NCBI GenBank assembly: GCA_045604405.1 | Contig: JAZUNZ010000047.1 | Span: forward strand, 14,663 to 78,662 | Direction: 5' to 3' | Source of the DNA: Clostridia bacterium | GTDB taxonomy: Bacteria; Bacillota; Clostridia; TANB77; CAG-465 | DNA length: 64,000 bases | Shown: positions 49,703 through 59,764 of the stretch, piece after piece | Layout of the letters: the number at the start of each line of letters is the position of its first letter | How positions within the stretch are numbered: the first letter of the stretch is position 1 | The notes under the pieces: model-generated | Databases searched by the model: none | What the model saw: only the letters and a program-made list of their open reading frames with translations | Told to the model about the DNA's origin: nothing | Position numbers and translations under genes: made by a program

Positions 49703-49718
49703 TAGAGGTATTAAGAAT

Positions 49719-50171
49719 ATGGGAATTATATCAAGTGCAAGTGGTTCATCATGTTGGAGAGGATTAGATTACTATAAAAGTAAGAAAATAAGAGACATTA
49801 AAAAAATTAATGATATAGAATATACTAGTATTGCTAGTGGAACTAAAGAATATAATGTATATTTAAATTTAGAAAAGTCAAGAAAATCAACTTGTAACTG
49901 TCCTTTAGCAAATGGAAAAAGAATAATATGTAAACATATTGTTGCTACGTATTTTAGTGTTGTTCCGGGAAGTGCTAGAGAGTTTGAAGATGAACAAAAT
50001 AGATTACAAGAAGAGTATGAAGAATACCAAGAAAATGAATATAAAAAGGCGATTAAGTTTATAAATAAAATGTCAAAAAAAGAATTGGTTGAAGAACTAA
50101 TACATATTTTTGATTATGCTCCGGAATGGGTATATGATGATTTTATAAAAAGGAACGATATAGAAGGTTAA
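49719..50171 (+). CDS. SWIM zinc-finger protein.
   Basis: CNCPLANGKRIICKHI (CxCxnCxH). Confidence 0.55.
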   Translation: MGIISSASGSSCWRGLDYYKSKKIRDIKKINDIEYTSIASGTKEYNVYLNLEKSRKSTCNCPLANGKRIICKHIVATYFSVVPGSAREFEDEQNRLQEEYEEYQENEYKKAIKFINKMSKKELVEELIHIFDYAPEWVYDDFIKRNDIEG

Positions 50172-50204
50172 TTACTGAAGAAAATCAATATAATAGGTGA
50201 TATA

Positions 50205-51416
50205 ATGCAAAAGCATAAAGTAGCTGCATATCTTCGTTTATCAAAAGAAGAATTTAGCAATGAAAAAGAATCTAATAGTATAACTAATCAAAAACTAATT
50301 ATAGATAACTATTTAAAAGAACATAAAGAATATAAATTGGTTGATTATTATATAGATGACGGATATTCTGGTACTAACTTTAACAGACCGAAATTTCAAA
50401 GAATGTTCGAAGATATAAAAAACAAGAAGATAGATGTAATAATTATAAAAGATTTATCAAGACTTGGTAGAAATTATATTGAAACAGGTAATTATATAGA
50501 TGTAATATTTCCTGCTATGGGAGTATCTGTAATTTTAGTAGATGAAAATTGTCAAATTGATTCATCAGATTACTATGGTGATGATTATTTACCATTAAAG
50601 AATTTATTTAATGATATGTATGCAAAAGATATATCCAAGAAAGTAAGAAGTTATTTAATAGTGAAGAAATATAATGGTGAATTTACTGGTAAATTAGCAC
50701 TCTATGGATACATAAAAGATCCAAAAGGTAAACATTAATTTTTAATTGATAAAAATGTAGCGCATATAATTAAAAAAATATTTAATATGATACTTAACGG
50801 AAAAAGTAGAAGAGAAGTTGCTGACTTTTTAAACGATAATGACATATTAACTCCAAGTGAGTATTTAAAAATTAATACGGACAAAGATACAACTATAATG
50901 AAAAAGTGGAATCCTGAAATGGTGAATTCAATATTAAGAAATGAAAATTATACAGGAACACTATTTCAAGGTAAGAAAAGAAAACTAAATTATAGGATTG
51001 ATAAGAAAATAAAGTTAGACAAAGAAAATTGGATTATTACTGAAAATCATCACGAAGCAATTATAAGTAAAGAAGATTTTGATAAAGCTCAAGAAATTTT
51101 AGATAGGAAGTCTAAAGTAAATAAAGATGGAAGTATTGACTTATTATCTGGGATTTTAAAGTGTAAATGTTGTAGCAGTAATATGATAAAGAGAACATCT
51201 AAAGGTAAGGTTTATTATTATTGTTCTAATTATTATATGAAAAAGAAGTGTGAAAACAATAAATCAATATCAAAAAGTACAGTAGAGGAATTTATAAAAA
51301 AAGAATTAAATCTAACTGAGATTACTAGATTAAATATTGATAATAATATAAAATATATTAATGTTGTTTCTAAAGATGAGATTGAAATTATAAAAAAGAA
51401 TGGAAGTGATAAATAA
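50205..51416 (+). pseudogene. Second large serine recombinase, inactivated by an in-frame TAA (50739) corresponding to codon 178 (AAG) in the first copy.
   Basis: Roughly 90% amino-acid identity to 47234..48445 on both sides of the stop. cataag in copy 1 corresponds to cattaa in copy 2. Confidence 0.8.
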
Positions 51417-52126
51417 TGGACATGTATAATAAACCAATAATAGGAATAGTAAGTAAACCAAATATTTTTTGTGATCAGGAGTTATTTACACAACAAATAG
51501 TTTATGACGGGGTTAGAAATGAGATATTAAGAAATGGTGGTCTTGCTATAGGGATATTGCCAACAAAAATATCAAATAAATTTTGTACATCGGATGAAAT
51601 AATAGATAATTCATATTTTTCGCAATCTGAGTTAGACGATTTATATTCGTTAATTGATAAGTGTGATGGCATAATAATTCAAGGCGGTTTATCTAGTGAT
51701 GAATACGAAATAAAAGCTGCTAAATATGCAATTGATAATGATATACCAATACTTGGAATATGTGCTGGATTTAATAATATCATTAGAGCAATGGGAGGAA
51801 AGGTTTTTGCTATTAGTGATTCAAAACATAACATGGAAGATGGCTCTATTGTCCATAAAAATATAATTAAAAAAGATACATTGTTATATGATATTTTAAA
51901 AACAAACGAAGTAGCCGTTAATAGCATTCATACAATGTTTGCAAATGAAGATGGTATTAAAAATTTACATATATCAGCATATTCAGAAGATGGGTATGTA
52001 GAAGCAATAGAACTTAAAGATAAAAAATTTTGTTTGGGAGTTAAATGGCATCCTGAATTAATGATAGATGATAAGAATATGAATCGTATATTTAGATATT
52101 TTATCGAGGTATGTAAAAGGAAGTGA
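51416..52126 (+). CDS. Class I glutamine amidotransferase, peptidase C26 (gamma-glutamyl-GABA hydrolase-like).
   Basis: GICAGF nucleophile elbow, then the histidine region HPELMID. It lies between recombinase 2 and the junction. Confidence 0.7.
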   Translation: MDMYNKPIIGIVSKPNIFCDQELFTQQIVYDGVRNEILRNGGLAIGILPTKISNKFCTSDEIIDNSYFSQSELDDLYSLIDKCDGIIIQGGLSSDEYEIKAAKYAIDNDIPILGICAGFNNIIRAMGGKVFAISDSKHNMEDGSIVHKNIIKKDTLLYDILKTNEVAVNSIHTMFANEDGIKNLHISAYSEDGYVEAIELKDKKFCLGVKWHPELMIDDKNMNRIFRYFIEVCKRK

Positions 52127-52177
52127 TAATAATGGATATGTATCAAAAAAGGGAAATAAGAAGAAATAAAAAGATGG

Positions 52178-53062
52178 ATGAAAGCACAAAAAGTTTACCA
52201 TCGACGAGTATCAACTGGTACCCACGGACATATGGCAAAGACACTAAGAGAAATAAAAGAAGATCTAAGACTTATGGATATAGTACTTGTAATATTAGAT
52301 GCAAGATGCCCATATGCATCACTTAATAAAGATATTTATGAAATAATAAAATCTAAAACAGTTATAATGGTATTTAATAAATCAGACCTTGCTAATGTTA
52401 CAGCTTTAAATCAAGCAGAAGAAAAGTATAAAAAGGAAGGTTGTTATACAGTAAGAACTAATTCTCTAACTGGAGAAGGAATAGACGAGCTAATTGCCGT
52501 TATAAAAGATTTAGGTAAAAAGATAAAATATGAAAACAAAACAAGTAATTCATATAAAGTCTTAAAGCCTGTATATAGAGTATTAGTTGTAGGAGTGCCA
52601 AACGTTGGTAAGTCTAGCCTTATAAACAAAATGTCTGGAAGGAAAAGTGCAGAGGTAGGAAATAAACCAGGAGTTACAAAGAAAAGACAATGGCTAAAAG
52701 CAGGTGGTTCAATAGAACTTATGGACACACCGGGACTTTTAAGCAAATTTTTGAAAGAAGATGGTTCAGGAGAAAAGCTTGCAATTGCAGGAACTATAAA
52801 AGAAGAAATATTAGATTTAGAAACATTGGCATATAGCTTAATTAATATTCTTATGTCAAAAAATTGGTATCAAGCAATGTTTAAAGATAGATATAGTTTA
52901 GGCTCGGAGATTGAAACTATGTCTGAGTTCCAAATATTAGAAGAAATAGGAAGAAAAAGAGGAGCTCTTTTAAAAGGAAATATAGTTGACACAAATAAAG
53001 CTGCAAAAATTCTTTTAGAGGATTATAGAACAGGGAAAATAGGGAAGATAAGTTTAGAATAG
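52178..53062 (+). CDS. rbgA: Ribosome biogenesis GTPase A (YlqF). The annotated start is the first in-frame ATG downstream of the element junction. The repeat-encoded N-terminus (from 52132) is in the +1 frame.
   Basis: GHMAKTLREIKEDLRLMDIVLVILDARCP.. is the circularly permuted GTPase. The G1 motif is VGVPNVGKSSLINK and the G3 motif is DTPG. Confidence 0.85.
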   Translation: MKAQKVYHRRVSTGTHGHMAKTLREIKEDLRLMDIVLVILDARCPYASLNKDIYEIIKSKTVIMVFNKSDLANVTALNQAEEKYKKEGCYTVRTNSLTGEGIDELIAVIKDLGKKIKYENKTSNSYKVLKPVYRVLVVGVPNVGKSSLINKMSGRKSAEVGNKPGVTKKRQWLKAGGSIELMDTPGLLSKFLKEDGSGEKLAIAGTIKEEILDLETLAYSLINILMSKNWYQAMFKDRYSLGSEIETMSEFQILEEIGRKRGALLKGNIVDTNKAAKILLEDYRTGKIGKISLE

Positions 53063-53070
53063 AGGTAATA

Positions 53071-56000
53071 ATGGAATTATCACAAGCACAAAAACAAGTA
53101 ATTAATACAAAAAATAAAAGTCTACTAGTTTCAGCGTCAGCTGGAAGTGGTAAGACTTTTGTTGTCATACAAAGAATAATAGAAAGTATAAAAGAAGGCG
53201 CAGACGTATCTAGATTACTTGTTTTAACTTTTACAAATGCAGCCGCCTCAGAATTAAAAGAAAGATTAGTTTCTAGCCTATACACATTAAAGGATGAATA
53301 TTTAGATAAAGGAGACAGTAAGAATGCATCAAGAATAGCAAAGCAAATTTCTAAAGTTCCTATGGCAGACATTTCTACAATACATTCATTTTGTTTAAAT
53401 ATAATCCGCAACAACTTCTATACATTAGGAATAGATCCTAATGTAACAACATTAGATGCTGCTAAAGCGACAATAATGTTAAATGAAGCTATAAATGAAG
53501 TGATAGAAGAACAATATGAGCAAAGAGAACAAGAATTTTTAGATGTATTAGATATATTAGCTAGAGAAGATAATGTTATTAACACAATATATATGCTATA
53601 TACAGCATATAAAAACGTGCTACATAGTGATTTGTGGCTTAAAAAGAGTATAGAAACATACAGTACAAATGAGAATGAAGATTTGTCCAAAACAGAGTTT
53701 GGCCAAGTTATATTAACAAGTATAAAGAATAGACTTAAAATATTAAAACTTGAACTAGACTACATGTCAGACTTGTTAGACACGCTTGAAGACTTTAAGT
53801 CAAGACAAGATATGTTCAAGATAATTTTAAATAATTTAAATATTGCTATTGGCTTGGAAGGCTATGACGAGCTATATAATTTTTTGCCACAACTTTTGGA
53901 TATGCCTCGTCTTCCTTCAAATAAAGTTACAGATGAAGCGTTAAAAGAAGAAGTTAGAGCATTAAAGAAAAAAGCCTCTGATGAGATAAAAGATATAGCA
54001 AGTATAATGTATAAAAATTCAGCAGGAATAATTAAAGAGTTGAACGACACGTTAAAGTATATAAACTGGTATGCTAGTGTGGTAAAAACTGTAGACGAAA
54101 AATATACAGCTGCAAAAAAAGAAAAATGTTCAATAGACTTTGCAGATTATGAACATTTAGCATTAAAGGCACTTGAACAAGAAGATATTAAACAAAAATA
54201 TAAAGAAAAATATGAACAAATATATATAGATGAATACCAAGACACTTCAAGTGCGCAAGAGGCTATTATACAAAAGATAGCTAAAGAAAACAATGTAATA
54301 ATGGTAGGGGATGTAAAACAAAGTATATATGCATTTAGAAATGCTAAACCAGAATTATTTACCAATAAATATGATAGGTTAAAAGAAGTAGAGCAAGCAA
54401 TTGAAGATTGTGAAGCTAAAATAATTCTTGCACAAAACTTTAGAAGCAGAAAAGAAGTTTTAGATAGCACCAACGATATATTTAGTACCTTAATGAGTAA
54501 GGATTTCGGTGGGGCAAGATACGAGGCTAAAGAAGCCTTAGTATACGGTGAGGGTTATGATGAATCATTAGATCAAAATTATAAAACAGAGATAAATATT
54601 ATAGAAAAAGAATGTGAACAACTAGAAAACCAAGATGACATAGATAATGAAGCCGAAGATGCTATAAGTGATATCGAAATAGAAAGCACTCTTGTAGCAA
54701 AAAGAATAAGAGAATTTGTGGATAACAAATTCCAAATTTATGATACAAAAAAGAAAGAATATAGAAATTGCACCTACAAAGATATCGTAATTTTATTAAG
54801 GACTGTGGAGGGTAAGTCGGATATTGTAAGTAAAGTGCTTTCTAAGTTTAACATTCCGTGTTTTGCAGACAGTAAGACAGGATTTTATAAATCTGAAGAA
54901 ATTACACTTATAACCTCTTTCTTAAAAATATTAGATAATCCCTTTGATGATATCTCTTTAGTTAGTGTAATGTATAGTATAATTGGAAAATTTGATTTAG
55001 ATGACATGGCTAAAATCCGTTATAAAAACTCAACAAAGTCTGTTATAGAGAGCTTGAAAGATGCAATAGATAAATTAGAAGAAGACAAGTTAAAGAATAA
55101 AATCATATTATTTTTAGAGCTTTTAGACAGGTTTAAAAGGTATCTTAAAACATATAAAATATCCGAACTGTTATTAAAATTATATAATGAAACTGGTATT
55201 TACGAGGCACTAAGAATTGAAAAATTAGGTGAGTTAAAATGCGCTAACTTGGATAATTTTGTAGCTATAATAGCTGAGTTTGAAAAGGGAGAAAACACCT
55301 CTTCGTTATATTCATTAATAAAATATCTAAATGTGTTAAAGAACAAAGAATCAGCAGGAGATAGTCCAAAGCTTCTAGGAGAAAACGAAGATGTTGTAAG
55401 GATAATGACAATACATAAAAGTAAAGGTTTAGAATTTCCAATAGTTATTCTTATGAATACTTCTCAAAAATATAATGAGCAGGACACAAAAGACAAATTG
55501 CAATTTGATGACAACTTAGGAATAGGGCTAGACGTATACAATAAAGATATAGGGCTTACATATCCATCCGTTATTAAACAAGCTATTAAGGCTAAAACCA
55601 AAAGGACATTAAGATCAGAAGCGTTAAGACTTCTTTATGTTGCATTTACTCGAGCAAGGGAAAAATTAATAATTTATGGAACAGTGCCAAGTATGGATAA
55701 ATATACAGCAAAAATGATGCAGATAAAAAATAAAGAGTCGTCAGAGCTTATTGCTATGAGTCTTAATTCTCATTTAAAATGCATATTGCAAGTGGCATTA
55801 AATAAAGAGGACAACTTTAACATTGTTATACATAATAAAAACGATGTAGAGGTTACAAGCAAACAAGAAATTAGATTGGATAGGAATAAAGATAAATTGG
55901 AGGCTTTAAAACAAGCTGTAGTTGATTTGGGTATAAAACAAGACACAAACAAAGTTAACAGATTAAAAGAACAATTGAAGCCAAATGAAAATGTTGCAAA

Positions 56001-56586
56001 GATAAATAAAAAATATACAGTAACAGAACTTAAACAAAGCACACTTAATCTAAGCGATTTAAGGCCTGAAGTATTGACTGCTAAAGTCACGGGAACAAGT
56101 TATGGTACATTTATACATTCAGTAATAGAGCATCTAAATTTTTTATCTGTTACAGAGGCGTCTGTACTTCAAGTAGTAGAAAATGTAGCAAATAGTTTAG
56201 ATATAGATGGCAAAATCAATAAACAATATGTTGTAAGAGATATACTTAATATGTATGATACATTAAAGAATATTGTTACATGTGCAAGAACTATAAAACA
56301 AGAATTGGAATTTGTAATAGAGGATGATTTAAGTGGCATGCCCGAAGTTCAGTTAGAGGCACCATCATTAATACAGGGTGTTGTAGATATGTATGTTGTA
56401 ACAGACAATAACAAGCATATAATTATAGATTTTAAGACAGATAGAGTAGAAGATAAATCTGAATTATTAGATAGATATGCTATACAGATTATGGTATATA
56501 AAAGGGCAATAGAGCTTGCATATAATGTAAAAGTGGATGGCACATACATTTATTCATTTGGGTTAAATAAGCTAATAGAGGTGTAG
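53071..56586 (+). CDS. UvrD/Rep-family helicase fused to a C-terminal PD-(D/E)xK (RecB-type) nuclease. AddA-like, with no adjacent addB.
   Basis: N-terminal SASAGSGKTFVV Walker A, UvrD motifs, and a C-terminal VDMYVV..IIDFKTD..YAIQIMVYKRA nuclease motif. 1171 aa. Confidence 0.8.
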   Translation: MELSQAQKQVINTKNKSLLVSASAGSGKTFVVIQRIIESIKEGADVSRLLVLTFTNAAASELKERLVSSLYTLKDEYLDKGDSKNASRIAKQISKVPMADISTIHSFCLNIIRNNFYTLGIDPNVTTLDAAKATIMLNEAINEVIEEQYEQREQEFLDVLDILAREDNVINTIYMLYTAYKNVLHSDLWLKKSIETYSTNENEDLSKTEFGQVILTSIKNRLKILKLELDYMSDLLDTLEDFKSRQDMFKIILNNLNIAIGLEGYDELYNFLPQLLDMPRLPSNKVTDEALKEEVRALKKKASDEIKDIASIMYKNSAGIIKELNDTLKYINWYASVVKTVDEKYTAAKKEKCSIDFADYEHLALKALEQEDIKQKYKEKYEQIYIDEYQDTSSAQEAIIQKIAKENNVIMVGDVKQSIYAFRNAKPELFTNKYDRLKEVEQAIEDCEAKIILAQNFRSRKEVLDSTNDIFSTLMSKDFGGARYEAKEALVYGEGYDESLDQNYKTEINIIEKECEQLENQDDIDNEAEDAISDIEIESTLVAKRIREFVDNKFQIYDTKKKEYRNCTYKDIVILLRTVEGKSDIVSKVLSKFNIPCFADSKTGFYKSEEITLITSFLKILDNPFDDISLVSVMYSIIGKFDLDDMAKIRYKNSTKSVIESLKDAIDKLEEDKLKNKIILFLELLDRFKRYLKTYKISELLLKLYNETGIYEALRIEKLGELKCANLDNFVAIIAEFEKGENTSSLYSLIKYLNVLKNKESAGDSPKLLGENEDVVRIMTIHKSKGLEFPIVILMNTSQKYNEQDTKDKLQFDDNLGIGLDVYNKDIGLTYPSVIKQAIKAKTKRTLRSEALRLLYVAFTRAREKLIIYGTVPSMDKYTAKMMQIKNKESSELIAMSLNSHLKCILQVALNKEDNFNIVIHNKNDVEVTSKQEIRLDRNKDKLEALKQAVVDLGIKQDTNKVNRLKEQLKPNENVAKINKKYTVTELKQSTLNLSDLRPEVLTAKVTGTSYGTFIHSVIEHLNFLSVTEASVLQVVENVANSLDIDGKINKQYVVRDILNMYDTLKNIVTCARTIKQELEFVIEDDLSGMPEVQLEAPSLIQGVVDMYVVTDNNKHIIIDFKTDRVEDKSELLDRYAIQIMVYKRAIELAYNVKVDGTYIYSFGLNKLIEV

Positions 56587-56593
56587 AATAGAT

Positions 56594-57484
56594 ATGGAGA
56601 TACTAAAAAAATGCACAATGTGTCCTCATGAATGCAAGGTAAATAGATATGAAACTATAGGAAGATGTAGGGCAACTAACAATGTAAAAGTGGCCCTAGC
56701 AAGTATTCATGATTTCGAAGAACCACCTATTAGTGGCAATAAGGGTTCTGGCACAATATTTTTCTCTGGTTGTAATTTGGGTTGTGTTTATTGCCAAAAT
56801 TATGAAATAAGTCATGATATGCATGGAAAAGAAATAAGTATTGAGCGCCTAGCAAAAATTATGCTTGAACAACAAAAAAGAGGCGTGCATAATATAAACC
56901 TAGTTACTCCAACTATTTATGCATGCCAAATTAAAGAAGCTATAAAACTTGTTAAGCAACAAGGGCTAACAATACCCATTGTATATAATAGTAGTGGATA
57001 TGAAAGTATAGAAACTTTAAAAATGCTAGAAGGTCATATAGATATATATTTGCCGGATTTTAAGTATTGTGATGATGAACTTTCAAAAAGATATTCTAAT
57101 GTAAAAGACTACTCTAAACATGTGAAGGCTGCGTTAATTGAAATGAGAAGGCAGGTAAAAGATGCTTTTGATACGGAAGGCGTTATGCAAACAGGCCTTA
57201 TTATAAGACATATGATACTACCAAATAATGTAGAAAACACTAAATCTGTAATAAAGTGGATAAAGGAAAATTTGGGAGAGGATACAATAATAAGTATAAT
57301 GGCACAGTATTTCCCAACGCATAAAGCTAGTCAGTATAATGAAATAAACAGAAAAATAAATGGTGATGAGCTTAAAGAGGTAGAAGATTATCTGTTTGAA
57401 CAAAACATGGTTCGTGGATATATACAAGAATTAGGTGAACATGAAGAAGAATATGTACCAAACTTCAATTTAGATAACGTATAA
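56594..57484 (+). CDS. Radical SAM protein (PflA/NrdG-like activase family).
   Basis: CNLGCVYC (CxxxCxxC) plus an additional N-terminal Cys cluster (CTMCPHEC). Confidence 0.75.
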   Translation: MEILKKCTMCPHECKVNRYETIGRCRATNNVKVALASIHDFEEPPISGNKGSGTIFFSGCNLGCVYCQNYEISHDMHGKEISIERLAKIMLEQQKRGVHNINLVTPTIYACQIKEAIKLVKQQGLTIPIVYNSSGYESIETLKMLEGHIDIYLPDFKYCDDELSKRYSNVKDYSKHVKAALIEMRRQVKDAFDTEGVMQTGLIIRHMILPNNVENTKSVIKWIKENLGEDTIISIMAQYFPTHKASQYNEINRKINGDELKEVEDYLFEQNMVRGYIQELGEHEEEYVPNFNLDNV

Positions 57485-57535
57485 TAAGATAATTCAGTAT
57501 AAATATGAAAAAGCAAGTAGATGTGATTAAAACAT

Positions 57536-58210
57536 CTACTTGTTGTTTTTTAAATAATTCCTACAGTAATCACGAATGGCACATTCACTGCATTTTGGTC
57601 GCCTGGCAATACAAATGTTTTTGCCATGTTCTACTAATGTGTGATTAATAGTACCCCAAAGGGCTCTAGGAATTTTTTTCATTAAATCTTTTTCAATAAT
57701 TGTAACATCACTACTGTTTGTAAAGCCAATTTTTTTAGATAGTCTAGTTACATGTGTATCTACTGCAATACCTTCAACAATACCAAACGCGTCAGATAAA
57801 ATTATATTAGCGCTTTTTCTTCCTATACCAGGAATTGTTGTAAGTTCATTCATAGTATGAGGAACCTCACCATTAAAATCCTTTACTAGCTTTTTAGCAG
57901 CCTCTACAATATGTTTTGCTTTGTTGTTAGGAAAGCTACATGATTTTATTATGCTATATACTTCAGAATATGAAAGGGAGGCTATATCGTAAGGGGTAGG
58001 GTGTTTATCAGTTAAATTTGGCCTAATCATATTTACTCTAATATCTGTGCATTGTGCGGCTAGTATTAAAGATAACAGAAGCTCAAATGGAGTTGAAAAA
58101 TCTAATCCGCATTTAGGAGTTGGATATATACTTTGAAGTTTTTCTAATACTATAGGGATTTCCTGTTTATTAAGTAATCTATATCTCAAATTTATCACTT
58201 TGCTTCTCAC
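57536..58210 (-). CDS. nth: Endonuclease III.
   Basis: HhH-GPD with catalytic Lys/Asp, and the C-terminal 4Fe-4S cluster CIARRPKCSECAIRDYC. Confidence 0.93.
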   Translation of the reverse strand: MRSKVINLRYRLLNKQEIPIVLEKLQSIYPTPKCGLDFSTPFELLLSLILAAQCTDIRVNMIRPNLTDKHPTPYDIASLSYSEVYSIIKSCSFPNNKAKHIVEAAKKLVKDFNGEVPHTMNELTTIPGIGRKSANIILSDAFGIVEGIAVDTHVTRLSKKIGFTNSSDVTIIEKDLMKKIPRALWGTINHTLVEHGKNICIARRPKCSECAIRDYCRNYLKNNK

Positions 58211-58267
58211 AATTTGTAAAACTTAACATACTATATATTAAGTTTTACAATATATATTGTACATCAA

Positions 58268-58450
58268 TTGTATATTAAAGTCCATAGAGGAGGAAACATG
58301 TTTGTAGGTGCATTTAGGAAAACAATAGGATTATTTTTAATAGCATTTGGAGTAGGAGCTGTAATAACACTGTTTCTTCCACTTTGGTTATGGGTTTTAA
58401 TAGTAGCTGCAGTACTTATGGTACTTGGCTTTGCTTGGCTTTTATGCTAA
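58268..58450 (+). CDS. Small hydrophobic protein (2 TM).
   Basis: 60-aa ORF after a GGAGG RBS. Confidence 0.4.
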   Translation: MYIKVHRGGNMFVGAFRKTIGLFLIAFGVGAVITLFLPLWLWVLIVAAVLMVLGFAWLLC

Positions 58451-58594
58451 AGGAGGATAGAGTATATGAAAATAGTTGTATACAAACCAAAAGGATTTAT
58501 GAGATTTGTTCTAAAGAGTATATTTAAGATATAATAAGAATACATAATACTTGAATGCGATTAATTAGTGTGATATAATATTCCAAGAAAAATA

Positions 58595-59287
58595 ATGGAG
58601 GTAATTATAGTGACTACTAAAATTAATCGTGTTCTTTTTGACTATGATGGAACACTTATTGTTCATGATAAAGGAAATGAAGGGCGGCAGATTGCAAATA
58701 TATTAGGTCTTGATGAAGAAAAAGTGCCGGAATTTAGTGAACGGTTAAAAGTTTTCTTTGAAACTTCTTGTGGAAGAAGATATTATAAAAATGAAAAAAT
58801 GACTTATGATTTGTATTATTCTATTTTAAATAATATGATGCGCCCTAAAGATTTTGGTGTAACCGTTGAACAGTTACAACAGGCTATAAACGAAAAATCT
58901 AAATATAGTTGTAAGATCGAACCTACGGCAAAAGAAACTTTAGACTATCTTTTGGATAAAGGCTACCAACTATGCATATTTACTAATGGTTTTTTTGATG
59001 CCCAAGTAGATAACATGAAGTATAACGGTTTTTATGATTATTTTGAAAGAATATATGCGTGGGATGGTTATTACGCAAAACCAGACAGGCGGGCACTTCT
59101 TAGAGCATTAGCAGGAACTGATCCCAAAAACAATATGATGATAGGAGATAGCATCACAAATGATATTGCACCGGGCAAAGCAATAGGTATCTGCACGGTT
59201 GGAATAAATATGTCTGACCATCATAAAAAGGGAATAATACCAGACTATGAAATAACTACTTTATCTGAACTTAAAAAGTTATTGTAA
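58595..59287 (+). CDS. HAD-superfamily hydrolase.
   Basis: FDYDGTL motif I and the GDSITND motif IV region. Confidence 0.8.
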   Translation: MEVIIVTTKINRVLFDYDGTLIVHDKGNEGRQIANILGLDEEKVPEFSERLKVFFETSCGRRYYKNEKMTYDLYYSILNNMMRPKDFGVTVEQLQQAINEKSKYSCKIEPTAKETLDYLLDKGYQLCIFTNGFFDAQVDNMKYNGFYDYFERIYAWDGYYAKPDRRALLRALAGTDPKNNMMIGDSITNDIAPGKAIGICTVGINMSDHHKKGIIPDYEITTLSELKKLL

Positions 59288-59431
59288 CAAAGCATAAAGG
59301 TTAACGTTTTCGCGTTGGCCTTTTCTTTGTATGTCCCCAAAATTACATGGTAAAAAATGCTATAAAACCTATTGACATATACTAAAATTGATGTATAATA
59401 ATCGTAACAGTTAAGGAAGGCGGTGTTCAAG

Positions 59432-59710
59432 ATGCAAATTACTGATGTTAGAGTTAGAAAAATAGCTTCTCAAAACAGAATGAAAGCTATCGCTTCTGTT
59501 ACTTTTGATGATGTATTCGTAGTACATGATATAAAAGTTATAGAAAGTGATAAAGGTCTTTTCATTGCTATGCCTAGCAGAAAAACTCCTAACGGAGAAT
59601 TCAAAGACATAGCTCATCCAATAAACACGGAGACTAGAGAAGAAATTCAATCAGCAATAATAGCTAAGTATAATGAAACTGATGATGCAGAAGTTGAATC
59701 AGCAGAATAG
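59432..59710 (+). CDS. spoVG: Septation protein SpoVG.
   Basis: [49 protein letters not shown]. Confidence 0.93.
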   Translation: MQITDVRVRKIASQNRMKAIASVTFDDVFVVHDIKVIESDKGLFIAMPSRKTPNGEFKDIAHPINTETREEIQSAIIAKYNETDDAEVESAE

Positions 59711-59764
59711 TTAGCTTTAAGTCAAGAGCACGCCTTTTTTGTGTGCTCTTTTTTGGTGGTAAAT

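Larger units (their letters stand above)
45955..52230 (+). mobile_element. Tandem array of serine-recombinase elements integrated in the 5' end of rbgA. E0 is a remnant (45998-46376), E1 spans 46377-48531 and E2 spans 48533-52218.
   Basis: Four junctions (45991, 46371, 48526, 52213) share ..ATCAACTGG. Each is preceded by a short rbgA-like N-terminal coding segment. The first three are followed by the module ATA(C/A)CGACTTATG(G)AAAACTT..CTTATAAATAAAGG. Two roughly 90%-identical large serine recombinase genes sit immediately upstream of junctions 3 and 4. Confidence 0.75.
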
